The notes below the pieces were generated by a model. That model was given only the letters and a program-made list of their open reading frames with translations. It was not told the DNA's origin and searched no databases. Below are positions 12,416 through 24,153 of a stretch of DNA of 64,000 bases, piece after piece. Positions within the stretch are counted from its first letter, which is position 1. Each line of letters begins with the position of its first letter. The translations under genes were made by a program, and so were the position numbers. The stretch comes from Ascoidea asiatica JCM 7603 (taxonomy: Eukaryota; Fungi; Ascomycota), in NCBI GenBank assembly GCA_001600695.1, contig BCKQ01000006.1, positions 1,089,197 to 1,153,196 on the forward strand, in the 5' to 3' direction.

Positions 12416-12456
12416 GAAGCTTTAGCCTTGGTGGTGAAACTGTAGAAGAAAAATGG

Positions 12457-15400
12457 TTGGATTTTGAGACTGAAAATGTGGAAGGCACTACTAAATTATT
12501 TCACATGCAAATGATGGATATTTTTGTAAGAGATTCAATTGGCCATACTGATGCTAAAACATTGACCTATGAGATTAAAGTATTGACAATTAGCAATAAT
12601 GGTTGTTTTTATGAGAGACTTAATAGTTGGATTGTGAGACTCAAAACTTGACCAAGGAGGCGGAATTATTGATTTGTGGGAGATAGTATGTAAAAATTAC
12701 ATATAAATTTGAAACATGCTTTATTGGGAGGCGATCCATAAAGATGGTGTGGATTTGGTAAAAATTTGAAAAAATGTTAGAGGATAGGCTGGGACGGAAT
12801 ATATACGGAATTTGAAACCGTGAATGGATAAATGACAAATGGAAGTATGTGATTTCAATTGAGTTTGAATCGCTTCCTTACAAGGGTAGAAAAACCTAGG
12901 ATGGTATTTGAGATTTTAGCAGATTTAGATAAACTTTCTTTTTCAGGAAAAGATGTAAATGAATTTATTATGAAAGTAAATTCAATTAGGATGGAACTCC
13001 GAGGTGCTGAATCTGAGGTTTCAGATGCAACTATTGTTAACTATATTCTAAAAGGTTTAGGTGGTAGTATGGTTGTATTAAGAACGATTGTTAGAGCTCA
13101 AAATTCTAAGATATCGTTGGATGAGTTGGTTAATACATTGATCACAATGAGTGAAGATACTGATGCAAATGATGGAACTAAAGAAGATTCAAATTTGGGT
13201 ATCAATAATGTTAATAACAATGGTAAAAGTGAAAAGAAACAGAAATATTCTAAGAAGAAGAAATTTTCTGGAAAATGTTTTCATTGTGGAGTCGTTGGTC
13301 ATAGGAAGGCTCAATGTTTTAAATTAAAACACGTTAATGGCAAGGGTAATAGTGACGATAGAGCAGGGTTTGAAGCAAATTTCACAGAACTTCTAAGATT
13401 AGATGCTAATTTAGATGCTTCAAAAGATTATACTGAAATTAATAATATAATTATAGATTCAGCAGCTGCTTCATCTATTACAGGTAATAGATTATTATTA
13501 TATGATATTAGTGATGTTAAAGATTCATCATTAAATTTCAAAGTCTAACTGGTAAAAGTTTTACACCAAAAGAAGTTGGTACATTAGTTTTAGGTACAGA
13601 TGATGCTAAAATTAAGATTAAATGCCACTATTTTCCTCAAATCAGACATACACTTGTTGCTTCATCTGATTTAGAAGATAAAAAAGGAAGTGTTTCAGGT
13701 AGATAACTTACGTTTGGCAAAGATAAACATAAATTTATTCCTATTTTTGATAAAAATAGAGTTTGGAATATTTATATGAAATTCAATAGAAAACCAGATG
13801 CTTTGGTAAAGAATGTGAACTTGCATAGTGCATTAGGACATATCAATAAAGATACAATTATGAAAAGTATCATTCATGGTTTGTTTGTTGGTGTTAAGAA
13901 CTCTGAGATCAAGGAGATAAAAGATCTTGAATGTCAAGTATGTGCTCTACGAAAGGCAGAAAGGATTGCTAATAGAGGATCGAGTATGCTAGATCAAATG
14001 GCAGCATCACCATGGGAAGTTGTTCATAATGATATAGCTGGTCCATTTAAAACCATGACTTACTCTTATTTTGCTACATTCACAGATGAATTCACTAGTT
14101 ATTGTGGTACAATACCAATGCAAAATAAATCGGAAGTGGTTAAGAGTTTTGATAATTAAATCAGATTGGTTGAAACTCAGTATAATGTTAGAATCAAAAG
14201 GATTCATAGCGATAATGGTGCTGAATATACTTCAAAAGAGATGAATTCTATTTGCATTAGGGAAGGAATTTGACAGAGTTTTACTACTCCTTATACTCCT
14301 GCTTCAAACCCTATTGCAGAAAAGAGAAATCATATTTTGGTTAGAGATGCAAAGTTTTATTAGCTGATAGTCAGAAATTGAAATGCAGGTGAAAACAATT
14401 TTTGTTCGATGCTATTTTATATGGAAACATGTTAAGGAATTGTACTTTTAACAATAGATTAGGAGATAGTCCATACCATTACTTAACAGGTAAGGTACTT
14501 AACATTGGAAAATTTCATGATTTTGGATCAGAGGTTGTGGTAACAGATCTAAGTATCAAAGATAAAATGAAATCGAAATGTGTTGTTGGTTATTTTATAA
14601 GTCTTTTAACAAAATGTTTTGGATGGAAAATTTTTATTGAAAGTTTGAATAAGTGTATTGACACTAAAAATGTTAGATTTTTCAAAAATGGTATTGCTCA
14701 AGAAAATATCTATGAAAATTTTGAAAGAGAATGGGAAGATATTGATATTGAAGTTGAAAATAAAACTAAATCGGGAACTGCATTTAAAAATGTAATTCCA
14801 ATTGATAAACAGGATAGTCACACAGGTCATGATGACAGGGAAGTAATTAATATAGTTCCAGAATTTGAAAATGTTGGTGAAAATAAAGATTTAGGTGATG
14901 AGCATGAAATTGAAAAAAAGGCTGGTGGTGGGGATTCTGATAAAGTTATTCCAAAGAACTTGCAATCAGATCTTGTTAATGCTAAAGATACCATCTCTAT
15001 GAATGATAGGTCAATTTCATCTAGGACTAGAAAACATTTTGAAGGCAAGATAACCAAGCCTGTAACAAAGAAAGATGTTTCTAGTCTATACAAGAACAGG
15101 ATAAAATTTTTACTTAATAGCTTAGATGTTGAAAATTTATTTCAGGATTTACCTGATGATATCTTGATGATAAATAATATTAATCCAGTTGTCATTCCTG
15201 AGACAGTTAAGCAAGCTGAAGGTTCACAAGGAGGCTAAAGTGGAAAGAAGCTATGGATTCAGAGATTTAAAGTTTAGAACTTCATAATACTTGGAGTAAA
15301 CCTTTCAATGATAGTGATGCATGGAAAAGAAGACCAATCAGAACTAAATGGGTTTTCAATATCAAAGGAAATGGTGAATTTAATGCCAGATTAGTTGCTT

Positions 15401-16773
15401 TAGGTAATCTTCAAGATGGTAATACTTATGATGACACATATGCTCCAACATTAGATATGGCTATGTTAAATATATGTATTGGATTATGCTTGAAGAAAAA
15501 GTTAGTTTTAAATGTGATGGATATTTCAACGGCTTACTTAAATGCTGAACTTGATAAGTATATTTTTATCTATATACCTGATGGTATAAAAGGTGCTGAT
15601 GGTAAAACTAGAATAGCAAAATTGCAAAAGGCATTGTATGGTTTGAAACAAAGTGGTAGATTATGGTACTCAAGCATAGCTGCTTTTCTTAAAGAAAAGA
15701 ATTACGAGGTTTCTCCAATCGCCCCTTCTGTTTATTTAACGAAGAAAAATTCTGAAATTATTGCTATTGTATTAGTCTTTGTCGATGATATGGTGTTTAT
15801 GACTAAATGTGAGGAAGTGTTTGAGAACCTTATGAGAATTGTTCAAAACAAATTCAAGTCTAGAATTACACTTAAACATTCTGATAGTACAGGTATGTTG
15901 TTAGGTTTTAATCTTGAAAAGATTTTTAACACAGATGGATCAATTAAACAAATGAAATTATCCTTAGAAGATAATATCACAAAGTGGTGTAAAGCTAATA
16001 ATTGTATTAATGATAAAAGACGTACTCCAATTTCGAGTGGCTTTTATTTCAAATTGGATGATGAAAAATTGGCTTATGATGCAGATACTTTAGCAAACTG
16101 TATAAAGAATTACAGATCAATTGTTGGATCGTTATTGTCTATAAGAAATAGAGGTCGTCCAGATATTTCTTATGCTGCTCAATATATGGCAAAATTTTGT
16201 GAATTTCCACACCCAAAATTATTTAAAGAATTAGAAAATATAATGAATTATTTATATTTCTCAAAAGAAAAAGGTTTGATATTTAAAGATTATAGTAATA
16301 TTAATTCAATTAACATTTATTGTGATGCAGATCTTTCAAGTGATCCAAATACTAGAAAGAGTAGTATCGGTATTATATCAAAGTTGGGAAATAATTGAAA
16401 CATTTCATGGCGTTCTAAAGTTACTCCTCTTGTATGTACTTCATCAACTAAAGCTAAAATTCAGGGATTGCTGATGGCTTGTAAAGAAGCAAGAAGGTTA
16501 AAAGAAATCAAGTTATTTTTAAATTATGATGTTAACCAAAGTATTGTTGTTTATTGTGATAATCAAGCTGTAATAACTTTATCAAAAAAAGAAAATGTGA
16601 ACTCTAGGAACAAACACTTTGATATCAGATACCATGCCATTAAAGAAACTATCACCAATGGTACAATTCCATTAGTTCATATGAAATCTGAATTAGTTTT
16701 GGCAGATATTTTAACAAAACCTTGTTCAAGAAATGTATGCAAAACTGTTGGTGGAAAGATTTTGAATTATTAA
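12457..16773 (+). pseudogene. Disrupted gag-pol polyprotein
   Basis: Zinc knuckle CFHCGVVGHRKAQC; protease IIDSAA; integrase H..H..CQVC and D-D-E (VHNDIAGP, IHSDNGAEY, PIAEKRN); RT DISTAYLNA, LYGLKQSG, FVDDM; RNase H YCDAD and YCDNQ. Stops or frameshifts at ~12650-12850, ~13546, 14157, 14271, ~14360, 15236 and 16396. Confidence 0.95.
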
Positions 16774-16780
16774 TTATTTC

Positions 16781-16798
16781 AAATAAAAATTAAGGAAG
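16781..16798 (+). other. Polypurine tract
   Basis: AAATAAAAATTAAGGAAG directly before the TGTCA start of the 3' LTR. Confidence 0.7.
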
Positions 16799-17694
16799 TG
16801 TCATGAATATTGCATCATTTGCAATTATTAATTTACAATTCTAATTTGTTTTTATTTATGTTTTGTTTTATTTTTGTTTTTATATTTCCTTATGTTCCAT
16901 TTTTTTGTTACAACCAATGTATATGTTTTAAACGTGCTCCAAATATATGGTCTTGAATGTAATTTCAACTATTATTTTGGATGATAATAAATGTACGTTG
17001 CCTTAACTTTCAAAAGGCAAGGTAAATATTGTATAGTGAAATTATGCTTGATAATTAGGTTGATAGTTCATTAGTTAAATTGCTTTTTTGTGAGAAAGGC
17101 AAGTCTATCAAATAGCTGCAAAACGGAGTTGATTTATCTGTTTAGTTGAGTCATTTAAAATGTATATTAGTATAATTAATTTGTCATTTTTCAATGCTGC
17201 GTTTATTAACTGATATTACTGGTCATTGATTTTTTTGGTGGGGTGAACTTTTGTTTTTATTACAGTAAAGTTTAATTGTTTTTAGAGGTTGTTTTTTTTG
17301 GTGATTTTTTTTAATCAGAATCAATTTCCTCCTATTTTGGTTTAATGTTTTTGTTATTAGTTTGTATGTATTTAGTTTTACAAATTAATTTTTTTTTTTA
17401 TTTAAAAAATTAGTTTTGTTTTCTAATTGATCTAAATAAGTCGAATATTCTTTGTTTATTTTATTTTATTTATTTATATTTTGTTTTAAATTATTTTAGG
17501 TTATTATATATAATTGTTTATTATGTTATCTACACTTGTTAATATTATTTTATTATTATTACTTTTAATTATTTTATTTGATTAATAAATTAAAGCTTTA
17601 TTTAAGATCACGTTTTACATGTAAGTTTTTTTGAAATGCCTGTTTTAGGTCTTGAAAAAGAACATAGCTTATTGTCTGCCACGAATTATCTTCA
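16799..17694 (+). repeat. 3' LTR (~896 bp)
   Basis: TG...CA termini, followed by the AGATC TSD. Confidence 0.92.
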
Positions 17695-19007
17695 AGATCA
17701 TTAAAATATAATGGTATAAAATCTGAAGTCTGATCATAGAAAGGTTCGATAACAATCTTTTGGTACTCAACTAAGGAACCATTTTAAAATATGATCTACA
17801 AAAATATCGCTGAAAAAAATATTGATAACAATAAAATCGTATCTCTTTGAAGAAAATCTCGAATAATAGGCGACTGTTTATCGTTGTCACGTGCCAAATA
17901 ACAAGTTTCTGTATAATTTTACATCTTGATGTATATAAACTTTGAAAATTTTTATAATGCCTTTATCGGTGGGCTTATCATATTCTACATTGTCCCGCTG
18001 AGTATTTGAAAAAAGCTCGAAAAATGTCATTATCAATCATATCCCATACTTTGAAAAGTAATCAAGATAATCGAACTGAAAACAAATTACTTTTGTTTTT
18101 GGTTCGAAAGAATTCTTAATGAGAAAATTTAATATTCATCACGCTGTTTCTTTTAGTAACTAGGTTTTTTAAAAATGATTGGTTCTTTAAATTGAACTAA
18201 AAATCCCAGACACAAATTTCAGATTAAATTTACGAATATTGAAAGAAAAAAAAAGGGGATGAAATTGTGGTGATCTAAAGCTTTCATGGATAAGAAAATT
18301 TTTAAATAAACAGTTGTTATTTGTAGACCATAAAACAATAATTCCTTGATCAATCACCTCTGTAGTAGTATTGGAATTTGACACTTAAAAGTGTATCATT
18401 TCAAAATCAATAAAATATGATACGCGTATCGATAATTTTCTTGTTTTTCAAATAATTTCGTTAATGCATAACTTTACAATACTTCATGCTGAAAAATGTG
18501 ACTCTGAATTTAATTCTTATCTGTTTGGATCATTCAAGCTTGATTTGATTTGATTTGCATTCCTTTTTCGGACTCTTCTACTTCTTCACTGGTGTAGTTT
18601 TACCTTGACCTATAGGGGCCCCTGGAGGTAATGGGATACTTTTTGTTTTTTGTGAGTCGACTCTTAAAGCTGTAAAAAGCAGTCACAATAAACTCAATAC
18701 ATTTTAACAACAATCATCAAATACCGATAACTGCTACATTACCAAAGCATTAAAACTTTTTGGCGAGTAAAATAGTCATTTCGAATCACAAACGTTACCA
18801 GAACTCCCAAAAAAGTGGTGAAGATTTTTGATCAAGTATGATTTCTTACCAATAGCATCGACAATATAATCAACAACGTTAGGGTAAAGAACGATTTAAG
18901 GTAAAAAAATATATATATATATATATGCTACTTTACATTGAGTAGATTAATCTAAACTCTTTATACAATAAATATCAATATTACAAGTTTATTCTACGAT
19001 TTGATGA

Positions 19008-19942
19008 TCAGTTTTCACTAGTATCAATATCAATAACCTCAAGCTCAGAATTATTCTGAAATAATTCTTCAATTGATAAATCATATACAGGCTCTTTTGA
19101 CTCTGCATCTTCAGTAAAGGTTCTACTTCCACCTGAATTTTTTGTTCTATTGGAATTGATTTCTTGTTTAAAATCGTCCGCATTAATAGTCTCTAATTTT
19201 TCCAATTTTCTATTTTTTCCTCGTTTGTCCATAATTCTAGCAGACTTGCGTTCTGCTTCGAAATTCCCTTCATTTTCACTATTCTCAATATCATAATTAT
19301 CATCATAGTCTCCATCTTCATATTCAGAGTGATAATTGTCACTTTCAGCACCTAGAATTTCCTGTTCAATACTATTATTCAAGTTAGTTTCTTCATCATC
19401 ACCTTCATCTTCATCACTTATTATGATTTTTTTCTTTTTACTTCCTTTTGACGCCACAATATTTTTTCTTTGAAATAAATCTATATCAAAATTCAAGTTT
19501 AAGTTATTCCCTTTGCCTTCCGAATGATTTAACAATAAGTCATGAGTTATTTTATCGCTATTGTTTCCTGCAACGACATTTCCACTTTGAGTTACCATAC
19601 CCGGATAGCATTTAACAAAAGTAGATAATTTAGCTTTTTCGGTACCAATATTATAATCTTTTATTAATTTTTGAATTTTAGTTTCATCTTCTTTTTCTAT
19701 ATCTATTTTTTCAAGTAAAGCTTCATTATAGGGATGATGATTGTTGTTATTATCGTTGAAAATTTTACCATTAGCTTTTGCAATAGAACTTAAAAACTTT
19801 TCATCATCTTCATCAATTATCTTCTCTGTCTTAATTTCGAATAGTTTCTCCATTTTTTTCATTCTCAAATGCAAATCATCAACTGACTGCCTTTCCATAG
19901 TTCGACTATCCTCAATATCATCTTTTAAAAAATTGACTAAAA

Positions 19943-20014
<72 letters not shown>

Positions 20015-22115
20015 CAAAGCTTCTATTGTTAGAACTTTTCAGTGAAATATTTTTGCTGGTGGAGAGAATTTTACTGGAAACACCCCCTGAGGAACCATAT
20101 AAAACAGGTTTCCAAATTAAAAGCTCCGGCTTTAGCTTTAGATATTTTTTCGATTCCCATTTTTTTATGATTTCTTCTATTTTCAGAAAATCAAAATTAA
20201 TAGCATATTTTCCACTTAAGGTATCCTTTACTAGCCCATTAAGTTGTTCAAGCCCTACAATAACGTCGGAGGCAATCATTCCTGTTAAATTGCATATATC
20301 AATTATTGAAATTCTTATATGCTCATTTTCGTAAACCTCCTCATTGCCACTATCTTCGATATCACTGTCACTTTCTGAGCTATTACTTACGCCAAAGTCT
20401 TCTTCATCACTATTATTTGAACCTTTAATTTTATTTTTGAAATTTTTATTTTTCGCTTTTAATAATGCTTTTAAAGGAGACTTCATTGGACTATTTCTTA
20501 TATTTAACTTCAAAAGGCTTTTTTTTTTTTTTAAACGACTGAATTTTAGAGGACTTGGAGTGGAAATCAACGACTTTAGTGGTGATTTAAAAGGAGATTT
20601 TTTGAATGAATTGTCATTATAACTAACAGTTGAAGATATTGACTTGGTTCTTTGATTTTTTTTATCCATGTGATTTTTTCCACTTAAATTCAACTGTCTT
20701 AAAATATCTCTCAAGCAATAGGCTAATTTAACCTTCCAAAAATTTCTATAGCTTAACAAACCCAGATCACTTAAAGGCTTTTCAGGGGTTCCATATTTGA
20801 ATTCCCTTTTTGATAATAAATAACTAAAGTCTATTAAAAAATTTCCATAACCTTTTCTTTGATATATAGGTAATGTCAAAATACAACTTACATTATAATC
20901 ACTTACTTGTTTTTCTTTAGAAAAATACCCTATAAACTTGAATGAATTCAACGCAAAATCAATCTCACACAAAACATAGAACATAAACGGTTGAACATCA
21001 AAATACAATGTTTTTGAGTTTAGAAATAATTTTGACAACAAACAAATATTCTGACAATAACTAAGATGCTTTCTACCATCGACTTCAAAAACAGAAATTT
21101 TATTTGAAAGATCTCTATAAATTTCATCTCCAGGAGGATGACTCAATGTACACTTCGATTTATGTCTTAACATTTGATAACTTGAACTTCTAAAACACAA
21201 GCAATATTCACAAATATGTAATACTTTGAATTTATTATATTCATCAGGATATGGAGAAGAATACCAGGTATCTATTTCATAACCACAAATATGCACAGAT
21301 TCAATTTTCGGGATATCTTTTTGCAAAACATAATAATTATATGGATTTTTCTGTTTCAAATCATTAGATCTTTGTTTAATTTGAGTTCCATTTGAATTTA
21401 ATGATTTTATATGCTCTGATCTGGTTAAGGATTTTTGAAATGTTGATCTATCTACTTTATTTGGTGCAGTTTTAAAAGTATGAGCATCATCTAAATCTAA
21501 AGCACCTCTATAAGGTAACTCATATACGTCAAAATCACAATCAGAGTCAAACTCTGAATTCTCATGTTCTTCATTTCTAAGTATTTGATTAGTTTTAGAT
21601 TTTCTAAAGCTGATATGGATATTATTTTCTTCTGTGCTTTTAGTATTTTTGAGAGAACTATCATTTGTCGGATGAAGAACTGAATTTAATTTTTCTTTAT
21701 TTAAATTCAATTTTATTTTATAATCGTTGCCTATTTTTACAAAATTATTATTGAAATACTTTAAGTTTTTTTTCTTTATTATATTCATTTCCTTTTTTTT
21801 CCGTGAATTTCTTGTTTCCAAGACTCGAGAATTGGTTTTATAGTGACCATTTTTATCAAAAATAATAGATCTAGGAATTAAAATATTATCGTTAAGATTA
21901 TTGCGTTCATTATTCTCAGGCATTTTACTTGAACTATTAGACTCATTAGAATCATTTAAGGATATAGTTTTTTTTATCAAAGTCTCATATTCTTTGTTAT
22001 CAGGGATAGTTAGATTGTTTATGAGACTCTTTAATTTTCTTTTTCTTTTCAATTCCTTTTCCTTTTCAATCTCCTCCTGTGATAAAGCCAGCTTTATTTT
22101 CAATTTGGGAGACAT
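19008..22115 (-). CDS. SAS3: MYST-family histone acetyltransferase, NuA3 catalytic subunit
   Basis: C2HC finger (CEYC..H..C), [25 protein letters not shown] and the Sas3-type LPYRG motif. Adjacent to PIN4, as in S. cerevisiae. Confidence 0.88.
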
Positions 22116-22905
22116 GTTTCATATTTAGCAACACAAGGAATCTGGTCCTGGAATCTTTTGTATTATCTTCAATACTGCTTTATTATACTTTGAATAAATC
22201 TTAGATAACAAATTTTTTTTAAAATACTTTAATGAGTTTAAACTCATTAATAAACTATCAGTAAAGTTATTGTATTATAAAGTTATTAAGTTTTGTAATA
22301 AATTAATAAAAACTCCGTTGGTTGTTTTACATGTGCGATGAAATCCAGGATTAAATCCGAGACGCGGTTGCCAATGATAATTTAAATGGCGGTAACACCA
22401 GAAAATTAAAGTTTGCTTCATAATTACATACAAGACAATAGATTTATGCATAACTAGAAATAGAAGTTTAGCAAAAACTTCATTAAAATGCTTTCCGAAA
22501 TACAAAGTGTAGATGCTTAAAGCAATTTAGAATTGAAATTCAATAACCAGCTAAAAAAAAATCAAATTTTTTGCATATTTTTATAATTTTCATACTCTTC
22601 ATTATTCTTAAAAAAACTAGATCATATATCAATTTGTCATAAAATGAAAACTAAGCAATAAAAAAGAATAAAAAAAAGATCAAAAGATCAAAAAGGAAAA
22701 CAAAAAAATATAAGCATAGAGTATATAAAAATAATGATAAAAAAATATTAAAGAAACAAAAATATAAAAAAAGACATGAATGAAAAGACCAAAAATTTAA
22801 AAAGGCATTAAAACAAAAGTCATTGACAGTTTATCATTCATCGCATGAATCTGCTGGTTTCGTCTATCATGAAGAAAAAAAAGATTTTTTACATTTTTGA
22901 TGTAC

Positions 22906-23600
22906 TCAAATTGCAACGGGCCTTGTAGCCCCCCAAATATCTCTTTTTGAGTTATTATTACCGTTACTAGTGGTATTGGGATTAGAGCTAACATTATTAC
23001 TGCTATTATTACCCAAATTTATATAATTTAGACCTATACTCATATTTCCTAGATTTAACCCAGCATTATTACCTGATGTATTAGCATTACTGGATGTAGT
23101 ACTACCGCCAGTTAAATTAACAGTTAATCCTGTCATTGACTCATTCAACATGCTTAAATTCAAATTACTCCCACCATGATTATTACTGCTTCCTAAAAGA
23201 GACAACCCATTATTATTGTTAGGAGAAGTATACAAATTTGAATATGTTTGTAATAATGGGGAAGTAGAGCTTGTAGAGTTAGCCTTATTAGAATTTAGAA
23301 TTCCCATTCCCATATTACCAATTCCATAGCTATTATTTCCAAAACCATTGGCTTGAATGTTGTTATTGCTTCCAATATTCATATTTACCTCATTTGAAAA
23401 ACCAGAGTTATATTGATTCATGTTGGAAACTAATCTGTTTGACTGTAATTGCTGATTCTGAGTTTGCATGCCTTGAAGACTTACACTAGAACCTCCTATT
23501 CCAGTGAGAAAATTGTTGTTTTTTTGATTTAAGGTTACAACTGAGGATTGATGAGATAATTGAGGTTGACTTATAGATAAAGAAGAGTTATTGTTATTAC

Positions 23601-23643
<43 letters not shown>

Positions 23644-24102
23644 TAAAGAATTAATATGGAGATTACCATTGTTAAGTTGATTGAGGATTGTATTACTAGA
23701 GTTATCATGAATTCCAATTCCAAAGCCTTGATTAGAAGATAAAGTTCCTCCGTTGTTATTATTATTGTTGCTATTATTATTATTGTTGCTATTATTATTA
23801 TTGTTGTTATTATTAGTATTATTGTATCTAGAAATAATCTCGATTCCTGGCGTTGGAGGTTGAGAAATTTGCTGATAGGTACTCATTTGAGGATTTCTTT
23901 GAGCTTGAGGTTGTTGATGAATCAAAGGAATATTACGAATATCAGCATATGATCGTGTTCCTCTTGATAAAGCGGCTGAAGATAAATATGGACCAGTAGG
24001 GGTTGGAGCATTGATAAAAGAAAGTTGCGATCTTGATTGAGGTAAAGGCGAAATAATATTCGAACTTAAATTTTCATTATTTTGATTACCAACGCTGTTG
24101 AA

Positions 24103-24153
<51 letters not shown>

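Larger units (their letters stand above)
10576..17694 (+). mobile_element. Full-length, decayed Ty1/copia LTR retrotransposon
   Basis: Direct-repeat LTRs, 5-bp TSD AGATC at 10571-10575 and 17695-17699, PBS, PPT, and domain order gag(CCHC)-PR-IN-RT-RH. Confidence 0.95.

Noticed and set aside
19741-20622. Antisense Leu/Ile-rich ORFs (also at 24082, 24815, 39067, 54008 and others)
   Set aside because: Shadows or alternate frames of AAT-repeat coding regions.
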